A stretch of 64,000 nucleotides of DNA from Minisyncoccales bacterium (GTDB taxonomy: Bacteria; Patescibacteriota; Minisyncoccia; Minisyncoccales; JAGMDC01), in NCBI GenBank assembly GCA_049642725.1, contig JBARPC010000004.1:27052-91051 (forward strand). The letters run 5' to 3'. A model generated the notes under the pieces. That model did not search any database, was not told the DNA's origin, and saw only the letters and a list, made by a program, of their open reading frames with translations. Shown in pieces: positions 46,455-56,030 of this stretch; positions within the stretch are counted from its first letter, which is position 1, and each line of letters starts with the position of its first letter. A program made the translations under genes and the position numbers.

Positions 46455-47342
46455 ATGTTTTCCAATATTTTGAAGTTAATCGGTAATACTCCTTTAGTAG
46501 AGATAAAGAAATTAAATCCTAATAAAAAAGTAAGGATTTTTGCTAAACTTGAGTTTTTTAATCCAGGAGGTTCAATTAAAGACAGAATAGCCCTTTTTAT
46601 GATTGAAGGGGCAGAAAAAAGAGGAGAATTAAACAAAAATAAGATTATTTTGGAAGGAACAAGCGGAAATACAGGAATTGGCTTGGCTTTAGTTTGTGCA
46701 GTAAAAAAATATAAACTGCTTTTAACGATGCCGGAATCAACAAGTTTAGAAAGAAGAAAAATCTTAAAAGCTTTCGGCGCTGAAATTTTACTTACCCCGG
46801 CTAAAGATGGTACTGATGGAGCCATTGAAAAAGCTTATGAAATAGCGAGAAAAAATAAAAAATATTGGTTAGCTGACCAATTTAATAATCCTGATAACTG
46901 GAAAGCTCATTATTATGGTACGGCTGAAGAAATATGGCGGGATACTCACGGCAAAATCACTCACTTCATTGCAGGCATGGGAACAAGCGGCACCTTGATG
47001 GGGATATCAAAACGATTAAAAAAATACAATTCCAAAATTCAAATTATAGGGATAGAACCATTTTTAGGCCACAAAATTCAAGGATTAAAAAATATGAAAG
47101 AGTCCTACAAACCCGGCATCTTTAATAAAAATTATTTAAATGAGAAAATAAACATTAGAGATAAAGATGCTTTTGAGATGGCTAGATTATTAGTTAAAAA
47201 AGAAGGAATTTTTGTCGGTATGTCTTCGGGGGCGGCAATGTCCGGCGCCTTAAAAAAAATAAAAGGAATTAAACAGGGCTTAATGGTGGTTTTACTGCCA
47301 GATAGCGGAGAACGTTATTTAAGCACTAAACTTTATGCTTAG
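46455..47342 (+). CDS. cysK: Cysteine synthase (O-acetylserine sulfhydrylase), PLP-dependent
   Basis: PLP-lysine motif SIKDR, GTSGNTG loop, GMGTSGT. Confidence 0.85.
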   Translation: MFSNILKLIGNTPLVEIKKLNPNKKVRIFAKLEFFNPGGSIKDRIALFMIEGAEKRGELNKNKIILEGTSGNTGIGLALVCAVKKYKLLLTMPESTSLERRKILKAFGAEILLTPAKDGTDGAIEKAYEIARKNKKYWLADQFNNPDNWKAHYYGTAEEIWRDTHGKITHFIAGMGTSGTLMGISKRLKKYNSKIQIIGIEPFLGHKIQGLKNMKESYKPGIFNKNYLNEKINIRDKDAFEMARLLVKKEGIFVGMSSGAAMSGALKKIKGIKQGLMVVLLPDSGERYLSTKLYA

Positions 47343-48753
47343 ATTTTATAATACCTTAACTCGAAAAAAAGAGGTTTTCAAACCTTTTAAAAAGGGAATA
47401 GTCGGAATTTATTCTTGTGGGCCTACAGTTTATGATTTTGCTCATATTGGAAATTTTCGCTCTTATATTTTCGCTGATATTTTAAAACGATATTTGGAAT
47501 ACAAAGGATATGAAGTAAAACACATAATGAATATCACCGATATTGATGATAAGACCATCAAACGGTCAAAAGTAGAAAAAAAGAATTTAAAAGAACTCAC
47601 CAGAAAATATATCCAGGAGTTTTTCAAAGATTTAAAAATACTGAATATCAGAAAATCTAATGTCTATCCCAGAGCAACGGAACATATAAAAGAAATGATA
47701 AGCGCGGTTGAGGTTTTAGAAAAAAAAGGATATGCCTATGAAAAACTACATAGTGTTTACTTTAATATCTCAAAATTCAAAGATTATGGCAAGCTTTCTA
47801 GAATTGATCTTAAAAAAATAAAACCTGGAGCTAGAGTTGATTTGGAAGAATATGAAAAAGAGCATCCGGCTGATTTTACTTTATTCAAAAGAAGCACTTT
47901 AGATGAACTTAAAAGAGGAATTTTTTATCAAACAAAATGGGGAAAAGTAAGGCCTGGTTGGCATCTTGAATGTTCGGTCATGAGTATGAAATATTTAGGA
48001 GAAACTTTTGATATTCATACCGGGGGGATTGATTTAATTTTCCCCCATCACGAAAATGAAATTGCTCAAAGCCAAGCTTTGACTGGAAAGAAATTTGTTA
48101 ATTTCTGGCTTCATAATGAACACCTTTTTATTAACGGAAAAAAGATGAGTAAATCCTTGGGCAATTATTACACCTTGAGAGATTTAATTAAAAAGGGTTT
48201 TTCTTGGCAAACCATCCGTTACTTTTTAATAAGCACTTATTACAAACAAAGAGCAAATCTCACTTTTAAAAAGCTTGAGGTAGCAGAGAAAAGTTTGAAA
48301 AGAATAAACGACTTTATAGAAAAACTTTATCGGTTTTCAGTTAACAAGGGACAGTCCTCCGCTAAATCTGAAAAGCAATTATTGAGAATTTTAAAAGAAA
48401 CTAATAGAGATTTTGAAATGGCAATGGATGATGATTTGAACACTCCAAAGGCCTTGGCTGCCTTTTTTGATTTCATTAAAAGAACAAATAAGGTTACTAA
48501 AATGGATGCTAAAACAGCCAAGCAGTTTTTAAACCTGGTAGCTCAATTTGATTCTGTTTTGGGCTTAAAGATTTTAGAAAGAAAAAGAAAAAAAGTTAAA
48601 ATTCCCAAAGAGGTTTTATTATTGATAAAACAAAGAGAGAAATTACGTCAGAGAAAACAATGGAAATTAGCTGATGAAATAAGAAAAAATATCAAAGAAA
48701 CGGGTTTTTGGATTGAAGATACCGAGGAGGGACCAAAAATAAGAAGAATTTGA
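47335..48753 (+). CDS. cysS: Cysteinyl-tRNA synthetase
   Basis: CGPTVYDFAHIGN (HIGH-like), zinc-binding Cys and His residues, KMSKSLGN. Confidence 0.9.
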   Translation: MLRFYNTLTRKKEVFKPFKKGIVGIYSCGPTVYDFAHIGNFRSYIFADILKRYLEYKGYEVKHIMNITDIDDKTIKRSKVEKKNLKELTRKYIQEFFKDLKILNIRKSNVYPRATEHIKEMISAVEVLEKKGYAYEKLHSVYFNISKFKDYGKLSRIDLKKIKPGARVDLEEYEKEHPADFTLFKRSTLDELKRGIFYQTKWGKVRPGWHLECSVMSMKYLGETFDIHTGGIDLIFPHHENEIAQSQALTGKKFVNFWLHNEHLFINGKKMSKSLGNYYTLRDLIKKGFSWQTIRYFLISTYYKQRANLTFKKLEVAEKSLKRINDFIEKLYRFSVNKGQSSAKSEKQLLRILKETNRDFEMAMDDDLNTPKALAAFFDFIKRTNKVTKMDAKTAKQFLNLVAQFDSVLGLKILERKRKKVKIPKEVLLLIKQREKLRQRKQWKLADEIRKNIKETGFWIEDTEEGPKIRRI

Positions 48754-48777
48754 GGGCAAAAAAATAAGAGAGTATAA

Positions 48778-48948
48778 TTATACTCTCCTTATGCCTGCTA
48801 TTCCTGAAATTTTTTCCGCTTCTGTTTTTTCTATTTTAGGATAGATCTTTTTATTTCCGCGATATATTCTGGAAATAAACTCCTTTGCCTGTAATAAAGC
48901 AATTATCTCTGATATTTTTATCAACTTTCCTTTCTCTTCTTCTTTCAT
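48778..48948 (-). CDS. Unannotated 56-aa protein with a strong SD (AGGAGGTGA-6 nt-ATG)
   Basis: Hand-translated MKEEEKGKLIKISEIIALLQAKEFISRIYRGNKKIYPKIEKTEAEKISGIAGIRRV. Directly downstream of the 48967-49545 gene on the same strand. Confidence 0.45.
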   Translation of the reverse strand: MKEEEKGKLIKISEIIALLQAKEFISRIYRGNKKIYPKIEKTEAEKISGIAGIRRV

Positions 48949-48966
48949 TTCTCACCTCCTTTGATT

Positions 48967-49545
48967 TTATTTAATCTCCTCTAGGGACAGCTCTTCAAAC
49001 TTCCCTTCCCAGTTAGTTGGTATAAACCGGACCATCTTGCCTGACTTTTTGATTTTCAGATATAATTCAAGAAATTTCTTGATGTATTCCCAGAATCTCT
49101 CAAATTCATCGTACCACTCTCCAGTCTCTATTCTTACAAAGGAGATAGTTTCCATTATCTCTTCAGGTTTTATGTCTTTTTTCTCCCCTGTTTTTGTCTT
49201 TAATACAAAACTGTTGGCTTTAAAGAAAATCGCTTCCCATCCTCCGTTCCAAAGCTTCATCGGAAATCCCTCGGGCCCTTCCAATTCATCACTGGGAATC
49301 TTAAAGCCAAAACCTTGTAGGCAATCCTTATCTTTTCCGTTTTTTGGATGAGTATCAGGAAGGTTTCTTTCTCCTGTTACTATATTTTGTGTGTTCGGAA
49401 GTATCCCTCCATCTACTTTTTTTATTACCTTTACTGTTTTCTCTATAATTGCTATTCTTCTCTGTTTTTCTGTTTCGCTTAATTCCGGTTTTCCTATATC
49501 TTCTAACGTCTTTTCTATACCTTCTAAAAACTCTATTTCTTCCAT
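48967..49545 (-). CDS. Hypothetical protein (192 aa)
   Basis: ORF with protein-like composition. Forms a two-gene unit with the 56-aa gene. Confidence 0.5.
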   Translation of the reverse strand: MEEIEFLEGIEKTLEDIGKPELSETEKQRRIAIIEKTVKVIKKVDGGILPNTQNIVTGERNLPDTHPKNGKDKDCLQGFGFKIPSDELEGPEGFPMKLWNGGWEAIFFKANSFVLKTKTGEKKDIKPEEIMETISFVRIETGEWYDEFERFWEYIKKFLELYLKIKKSGKMVRFIPTNWEGKFEELSLEEIK

Positions 49546-49630
49546 ATCTTTTTTCCTCCTTTAATTTTTCAGGAACTGTTTTTAATATAGCACATTAACA
49601 TAACTCTGTCAAGATTTACAAAATTTCTGG

Positions 49631-51040
49631 ATGAGTTATATTAGAAATATGAATGGAGGTATTTCTAAAAATGAATTACCGGAAAAACTTCCGCCTCAAA
49701 ACATAGAAGCAGAAAAATCCCTGCTTGGTTCTTTAATGATTGATAAAAACGCTATTGTTAAAGTAATTGATTTTTTACAGTCAAAAGATTTTTATCAAGG
49801 CATACACCAGCAAATTTACCAAGCAATGACAGAACTCTTTGAAAGAAAAGAGCCTGTTGATTTGCTTTCTGTTTCTAATCGGCTTAAAGAAAAAGAGCAA
49901 TTAGAAGCAATCGGAGGAAATAGTTATCTAACTCAATTAATAAACTCTGTCCCTAACGCGCTCCATGTTATAAATTATGCTAAAATTGCCCAAAGAAAAA
50001 GGATTCTAAGGGATTTAATAAGCGCTTCTTATGAAATTGGCTTAATGGGCTATAATGAAACAGATGATGTAGATGTTTTATTAGACAATGCAGAAAAAAG
50101 AATTTTCAGTATTGCCCAAAAATCACTTTCTCAAAAGTTTATTCCAATAAAAGACACCCTGGAAGAAGCATTTGAACGGCTTGATGCTTTGTCAAAACAG
50201 AAAGCAGGCATAAGAGGAGTGCCAACCGGTTTTATTGATTTAGACAATAAGTTGTCCGGCCTTCAAAAATCTGACCTTATTATTTTAGCTTCCCGGCCAT
50301 CTTTGGGAAAAAGCAGTTTAGCCCTTGATATTGCCCGCAATGCTGCGGTTCATCATAAAATTACAGTGGGAATATTTAGTTTAGAAATGTCAAAAGACCA
50401 GGTAGTAGATAGAATTATTGCCAGTACAGCTAATGTTGATTTATGGCGTTTTAGAACAGGCCGTTTGTCAAGCGAAGGAGAAAATAATGATTTTTCCAAA
50501 ATTCAGCAGTCATTAGGCATACTGTCTGAAGCACCAATCTATATTGATGATGCTGCCACATCTAATATTCTTCAAATGAGAGCAATGGCGCGGCGTCTAC
50601 AAGCAGATAAAGGATTGGGCTTGATTATTGTTGACTATCTCCAGCTTATGGATCCAAGAACCATGAACAGCACTATGGTTCAGCAAATGACTGAAATTTC
50701 GCGTTCCTTAAAAGGACTTGCTCGAGAGATTAATATTCCAGTCTTAGCTCTTTCGCAACTATCAAGAGCAGTGGAACAGCGCTCTCCGCAGATTCCGCGC
50801 TTATCAGATTTACGCGAAACCGGAGCTCTTGAACAGGATGCTGATATAGTTTTGTTTATTCATCGGGAAGATAAATACAGGCCTGATACAGCCCGCAAAA
50901 ATATTGCAGATATTATTATAGCTAAACACCGCAATGGTCCACCGGGAAAAGTGGAATTATACTTTAACGAACAAAAAGCCAGTTTTAGAAGCTTAGAAAA
51001 AGCAGAAAAAGAAGAATTCGGCGAATCAGAATATGAATAA
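49631..51040 (+). CDS. dnaB: Replicative DNA helicase
   Basis: N-terminal PPQNIEAEKSLLGSLM (DnaB N-domain). RecA-like core with Walker A ASRPSLGKSS, IVDYLQLM and H4 motifs. Confidence 0.9.
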   Translation: MSYIRNMNGGISKNELPEKLPPQNIEAEKSLLGSLMIDKNAIVKVIDFLQSKDFYQGIHQQIYQAMTELFERKEPVDLLSVSNRLKEKEQLEAIGGNSYLTQLINSVPNALHVINYAKIAQRKRILRDLISASYEIGLMGYNETDDVDVLLDNAEKRIFSIAQKSLSQKFIPIKDTLEEAFERLDALSKQKAGIRGVPTGFIDLDNKLSGLQKSDLIILASRPSLGKSSLALDIARNAAVHHKITVGIFSLEMSKDQVVDRIIASTANVDLWRFRTGRLSSEGENNDFSKIQQSLGILSEAPIYIDDAATSNILQMRAMARRLQADKGLGLIIVDYLQLMDPRTMNSTMVQQMTEISRSLKGLAREINIPVLALSQLSRAVEQRSPQIPRLSDLRETGALEQDADIVLFIHREDKYRPDTARKNIADIIIAKHRNGPPGKVELYFNEQKASFRSLEKAEKEEFGESEYE

Positions 51041-51665
51041 TTATCCCCCATCTATTCAAAAACTTATTGACATATTTTCTCATTTTCCTACTGTTGGCCC
51101 GCGAACCGCGGCTCGTTTTGTTTTTTATTTAATGCGGCTTTCTGAAACAGAAATAAAAGAGCTTTTGGATTCTGTTTCTGAACTGAAAAATAAAATAAAA
51201 ACTTGTTCTTTCTGTTTCAATCCCTTTGAAGCAACTAATACTAAAGAAAATCTTTGTGTAATTTGTGAAAACAAAAACAGGAATAGGAACCTGCTTTGCG
51301 TTGTTGAGAAAGAAACTGATTTAATTATTCTTGAAAAAACTAAAAAATACAATGGTCTTTACTTTATCTTAGGCGGAACTGTCTCTAAACTCAAAGAAGA
51401 CGCTCTTAAAAAATTAAGAGGTGAAGAATTGATAGAAAGAATAAAAAATCCAGAAAAATTTGAAATTTCTGGAGCTGATTTTCAAGAAATCATTATTGCC
51501 ACCAATCCTACTACTGAAGGCGAAGCCACTGCTTTATATTTAGAACGGCTATTAAGTCCGTTAGGTAAAAAAACAACCCGGTTAGGCAAAGGATTGCCTG
51601 TTGGCGCAGAATTAGAATACGCTGACCAAGAAACACTTTCCTCTGCTCTTGAAAGCAGAAAATAA
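51033..51665 (+). CDS. recR: Recombination protein RecR
   Basis: HhH N-terminus HFPTVGPRTAARF, C4 zinc finger CSFCFN...CVIC, Toprim domain. Confidence 0.9.
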   Translation: MNNYPPSIQKLIDIFSHFPTVGPRTAARFVFYLMRLSETEIKELLDSVSELKNKIKTCSFCFNPFEATNTKENLCVICENKNRNRNLLCVVEKETDLIILEKTKKYNGLYFILGGTVSKLKEDALKKLRGEELIERIKNPEKFEISGADFQEIIIATNPTTEGEATALYLERLLSPLGKKTTRLGKGLPVGAELEYADQETLSSALESRK

Positions 51666-51788
51666 AATATTTTTTTCACAAATATTAAAAACACCATTTA
51701 AGGTGTTTTTTAGATTCTTTTCCTTTTTCTAATTGACAAAAATTTTGTCCGCTAGAAAAAAGAAAAAATAGGGAGAGGTTGAAATTAT

Positions 51789-52241
51789 TCAATCACTCTT
51801 GGGTCTAACATAGAAATTAGTATATTCCAAAAATGAATTAGGTGCGTCGGTTGTCTCATTAGTAGAGATTTCTATCTTTATAGTTTGTATAACGTCTATA
51901 AATTCCGAACTTACTATGATCTCTGGTACTTCTAACGCTGTTTCTGCCGGGTTTACCGAAAAAATCTTTCTGGTAACTATATTATTATCTGTATGTTTGA
52001 ATATACTCATTTCTTCCTCTTCTTCTCCCCACTTTATTTTTACAGGGCAAGACGACCATCGCATTTGTTCGTAGATTTCACTGACATTACTTCCATCGAT
52101 TAACTTCAATTCTGCTTCTGCAAATATGCCTACTGTATCTTCTTTTGCTATTTCAAGCCCTTTCTGTACTCCTGTCGCGAATACACCCCTAATTACTGCT
52201 CCTAATACTACTACACATAGTAGTTTGTTATGTATTTTCAT
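51789..52241 (-). CDS. Secreted hypothetical protein (150 aa)
   Basis: Signal peptide MKIHNKLLCVVVLGAVIRGVFA. Confidence 0.5.
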   Translation of the reverse strand: MKIHNKLLCVVVLGAVIRGVFATGVQKGLEIAKEDTVGIFAEAELKLIDGSNVSEIYEQMRWSSCPVKIKWGEEEEEMSIFKHTDNNIVTRKIFSVNPAETALEVPEIIVSSEFIDVIQTIKIEISTNETTDAPNSFLEYTNFYVRPKSD

Positions 52242-52410
52242 TTTTTTTTCTTTTTCACCTCCATAGGCAAGAAACCATCAAGAAACTATTTTGACTTCTT
52301 ATCTACGAAGGTGAATTTTCTCTCCCTATTTTTGATAATTATTTCAAAGAACTATTTTATGCTTAAAGCATAGCATACATTGAATTATTTGTCAAGCTCT
52401 AAAATAAAAT

Positions 52411-52449
52411 TAGTAATAATCTTGCGACCGCAATATTATTACTAATGGA
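52411..52449. repeat. 18-bp-arm inverted repeat (ATTAGTAATAATCTTGCG-acc-CGCAATATTATTACTAAT) downstream of rplU
   Basis: One mismatch in the arms, read directly. AT-rich stem with a GC clamp at the loop. Confidence 0.4.
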
Positions 52450-52476
52450 AATTTTGATACTTTAAATTATCCTGTT

Positions 52477-52788
52477 TTAATTTTCGATTTTTAGGATTTC
52501 AACCTCTGTAAATAGCTGGCGATGGCCGGTTTTTTTTCTATATCTTTTTTTTGCTTTATATTTAAAAATAATTACTTTTTTGCCTTTTCCCTGCTTTAAA
52601 ATCTTTCCAATAACTTTAGCTCCCTTAACAAACGGAGTTCCAATTTCTAATTTCTTATTTTTTTCCAATAACAAAACCTCTTTAAAGGTTATTTCTTTTT
52701 CCTCTTTTGCGTCAAGTTTCTCTATTTTTAATTTTGTTCCTGGCTCGACAAGATACTGCTTGCCGCCAGTTTTAATCACTGCAAACAT
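52477..52788 (-). CDS. rplU: 50S ribosomal protein L21
   Basis: MFAVIKTGGKQYLVEPGTKLKIEKL matches the L21 N-terminus. Confidence 0.9.
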   Translation of the reverse strand: MFAVIKTGGKQYLVEPGTKLKIEKLDAKEEKEITFKEVLLLEKNKKLEIGTPFVKGAKVIGKILKQGKGKKVIIFKYKAKKRYRKKTGHRQLFTEVEILKIEN

Positions 52789-52789
52789 A

Positions 52790-53836
52790 TTATTCTGGTT
52801 TTTCTAATTGCAACGGCTGAACCTTTTTTTCTTTATTAGTTATTTTTGCAACATCTTTATCAATCTTGCCAAACTCCTTATACGCCTGATTGTAAGTATT
52901 TACTGTTGTGCTAATATTATTCCCCAACCTCTGCAGAAAACTGTCGTAATTTAGCAAATGCTTTTGCAAACTCTCAACCTGCTTTCTAATTTGTTTTGCT
53001 GATTCTTCTATTTGCAGGGCGCGCAAACCCTGAAGCACGGTTTGTAAATAAGCATAAAAAGAAGTCGGAGAAACAATAATAACATGTTTTTCTTTAAAGG
53101 CATATTCAATTAAGTCGTAAGTAGTTATCTTTATAGCACCAATTTGATTAATTAGCAAGTCATAATAAATGCCTTCAGAAGGAATAAACATAAAAGCAAA
53201 GTCCATTGTCCCCTCATCAGGCCTGATGTATTTGGCTGTTTCCTCAATTCTCGTTTTCAAATCCTGTTTAAATATTTTTTCTAATTTCTCTCTTCTCTCC
53301 GGCTCTTTTTCTTCTAAAATTTTATTATAGTTTTCTAAAGAAAATTTTGAATCAATTGGGACTATTTTATCTTTAATAAAAATTACTGCGTCAACAATGT
53401 CTCCGTCTTTGAATTGATACTGAAGCTTATACTGGTTTGGTTGAAAAACATTTTTTAATAATGTCTCTAAAAAATACTCGCCCAAAATTCCTCTTTGTTT
53501 TGGATTTGCTAAAACATCAGTTAATTTACCAAGCTGAGATTTTACATCTAAAACATTTTTGTGATCACTATGGATTTTCTCCAACTGGCTCGTGACATCT
53601 CTAACAATCTTACTGCTTTCATTAAGTTGCTTTTGTAAAGATTCTATATTTTTTTCACTTGTTTTCTCTATCTTTTCTCTGATTTCTTTTAATTCCTGTT
53701 GAAACAAATTAAAAATCGGTTCATCTTCTTTATTCTTTTTTAACGAGCTAAGCTCCTTTCTAACCAAAAAAACCAAGAGTACCACTCCCCCGCTAACAAT
53801 CAGAAATATTATTAAAATAAAAACAAAATCAGCCAT
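52790..53836 (-). CDS. rmuC: DNA recombination protein RmuC
   Basis: N-terminal TM, long coiled coil, C-terminal RmuC nuclease-like domain with FMFIPSEGIYYD. Confidence 0.8.
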   Translation of the reverse strand: MADFVFILIIFLIVSGGVVLLVFLVRKELSSLKKNKEDEPIFNLFQQELKEIREKIEKTSEKNIESLQKQLNESSKIVRDVTSQLEKIHSDHKNVLDVKSQLGKLTDVLANPKQRGILGEYFLETLLKNVFQPNQYKLQYQFKDGDIVDAVIFIKDKIVPIDSKFSLENYNKILEEKEPERREKLEKIFKQDLKTRIEETAKYIRPDEGTMDFAFMFIPSEGIYYDLLINQIGAIKITTYDLIEYAFKEKHVIIVSPTSFYAYLQTVLQGLRALQIEESAKQIRKQVESLQKHLLNYDSFLQRLGNNISTTVNTYNQAYKEFGKIDKDVAKITNKEKKVQPLQLEKPE

Positions 53837-53880
53837 TGTGAGAACAATTTTGAATTAAAAAATTTAACAGAAATCCGTTC

Positions 53881-54093
53881 TTATTTTTTCCAGTATTTTT
53901 TGATTCTTTCTATCGCTCTTTTTTCTTCTAAATCTAAGAGGAATATCTTTTTTAAGGTTTCAAATAACTTTAATCTTTCTTCTTCATCTAATTGAGGCAC
54001 TCTCTCAAGCAGGGCTGATTTTCTTTCTGGGTCAATCTTGAGTTTCTTAATAAGGCTTCTTAATGCTGGATTGGTAATAAATGGATTAGACAT
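53881..54093 (-). CDS. Hypothetical protein (70 aa)
   Basis: ORF co-oriented with its flanks. Confidence 0.4.
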   Translation of the reverse strand: MSNPFITNPALRSLIKKLKIDPERKSALLERVPQLDEEERLKLFETLKKIFLLDLEEKRAIERIKKYWKK

Positions 54094-54100
54094 ATTTTTT

Positions 54101-56002
54101 CTATTTATTTTCTTCTTCTTTCTTAGAAGCGAAAATAAACTTCACTAATTCTATAAAATAATCCAAAAGTCCTTTTTCTGATTTTCTGGTTTCACCCCAA
54201 AGTACACCTGCCTTTTCTTGATTTTCAATGAAGTTTCGTATTTCCTCTTCAGATGTTTCTATACCTTGGTTTTTGCGAAAATAGTTTTCAATAATCCCTG
54301 GGTCTTCTTCTATATCACCGCTTATTTTATCAAGTCCTCCTTTTCCTTCCATAATTTCAGACATAAATCTATGAGTGTCTTCCATCATTCCCTTTACTTC
54401 ATATTCTTTTTTTAGTTTTTCTAATTCCTCAGCAGTTTTTTTCTGTTTTTTGGCTCCTTCTTTCAAATCTTCATCAATCAATTTTCCTTTAACCCTATCA
54501 AATAAACCCTGTATTCCTTTTTCTGCTTTCTCCGGTGAGCCAGCTATCGCTTTGATTTCCTCATTGATTATTTTCTTTACTTCCTCATCACGAATTCTCT
54601 TTTTCTCATCCCATTCTCTCCCTAATTCATCTTCTGATTTATCATTAACTTCTTTGTTATAATCTTCCATTCTTTCTTTAAGAAATTCCGAGAATTCTTT
54701 ATACTTCACTGTATCTTTTTTTCCATCGGTCTTTCTAAGTTCAACTAATGTATCTAAACGTTTTAATCTGATTTCTTCAACATCATATCCCGCATTCATT
54801 AAAGCTAATATCTTTTCATCATCCACGGTCATCATTTTCTTTGGATATGCTTCTTTTAATTTCTTTTTAATCTCATCCATCTTTTCTCCAAATTTCTTGT
54901 CAAATTTTTCTTTATAAAAATCGCTCATATCTTCCCATCTTTTAAAAGTCATTTCCTCGCCTAATAGTAATTTAGATTTTTTACAAAATTCCTCGCCTTG
55001 TTTTCTTTCGTCTAAGAGTTTCTCAATATAAGAATCTTTATTTTCTAAAAGTCCTGCCTTATTTTCAGCAAAATCTTCTAAATTCATTCCTTCTAATCCC
55101 TTGATTTTCGCAGTTAATTCTTTTATATCTTCAAATAAATTTCCTAATTCTTTCAATTTTTCATTTATTTCTATTTCTGGTCTTCCACTTTCTTCCATTC
55201 TCGTTAATTCTCCTTTCATTTTCTCAATTCTTTTATCTAATGTATTTAAAACCAAAATCTGCCCCTCAATTGAACAATCCTTTCTTTTATCAAAATCCGC
55301 GCTTATAACATATATGTTTTCTATATCTATCTTGTCTTCTTTATACTTCTTTTTTGTCCATAACTCTTCAAAGGCGCCATTTCTCATTGCGATTTCAGCT
55401 TTCTTGTCTCTTAAAAGTTCAAGATCCGAAGATATTCCTTCTTTTTTCTCAAGTTGTCTTCTATGTTCGTCAAACCATTTTACGGCAAATTCAATTCTTC
55501 TTTCGTCTTTCTCTTTTAGGAGCACATCTTTAATATTCTTTTCTCTGTCCGGATCCAATTTAAATTTTTCAGTAAATTCATTAAGCAACCGAGTTTCGTC
55601 CTCTCGCGCTGTTCCCTCATAAAAACGAGGAATTCTTTCAGGTTTTCTTTCTCTTTTTTCTTCTTTTTCTCCTACCTCTTTTTTTTCATCTTTTACTTTT
55701 CTTTCTTCCGTTTCTTTTCTTCTCTCTTCCAGTATTTTTTCAATCTCTTCCTTTGACATATCAGAAGTTATTAAGGTCTCATCCTCTTTATTGGCTATTT
55801 TTTCTCCTTTTTCTTTTTCTCCCATATTTTTGTTATTATTATTTTCATCTTTTCGTTCCGACCTTTTTAGTTCTTCTTTTGTTTTATCTGTAAAATTATC
55901 ATCTTCCTTTTCTTCAACCGAAACATCCCAGCCCGTCTTTTTGCCCGCCTCTTTTATATCTTTAAGTATTTCTTTTCCTAATTTTCTTTCTCCTTTACTC
56001 AT
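54101..56002 (-). CDS. Large E/K-rich coiled-coil hypothetical protein (633 aa, no TM)
   Basis: Extreme Glu/Lys content and heptad-like repeats. Immediately downstream of the T4CP-like ATPase gene. Confidence 0.5.
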   Translation of the reverse strand: MSKGERKLGKEILKDIKEAGKKTGWDVSVEEKEDDNFTDKTKEELKRSERKDENNNNKNMGEKEKGEKIANKEDETLITSDMSKEEIEKILEERRKETEERKVKDEKKEVGEKEEKRERKPERIPRFYEGTAREDETRLLNEFTEKFKLDPDREKNIKDVLLKEKDERRIEFAVKWFDEHRRQLEKKEGISSDLELLRDKKAEIAMRNGAFEELWTKKKYKEDKIDIENIYVISADFDKRKDCSIEGQILVLNTLDKRIEKMKGELTRMEESGRPEIEINEKLKELGNLFEDIKELTAKIKGLEGMNLEDFAENKAGLLENKDSYIEKLLDERKQGEEFCKKSKLLLGEEMTFKRWEDMSDFYKEKFDKKFGEKMDEIKKKLKEAYPKKMMTVDDEKILALMNAGYDVEEIRLKRLDTLVELRKTDGKKDTVKYKEFSEFLKERMEDYNKEVNDKSEDELGREWDEKKRIRDEEVKKIINEEIKAIAGSPEKAEKGIQGLFDRVKGKLIDEDLKEGAKKQKKTAEELEKLKKEYEVKGMMEDTHRFMSEIMEGKGGLDKISGDIEEDPGIIENYFRKNQGIETSEEEIRNFIENQEKAGVLWGETRKSEKGLLDYFIELVKFIFASKKEEENK

Positions 56003-56030
56003 ATTTTTCTATTTTTTATTTTAATTTACT

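Noticed and set aside
46325-46825. 166-aa minus-strand ORF
   Set aside because: It overlaps a well-folded tRNA-Cys and the 5' part of cysK on the opposite strand. It has low-complexity composition and is taken to be an antisense artefact.
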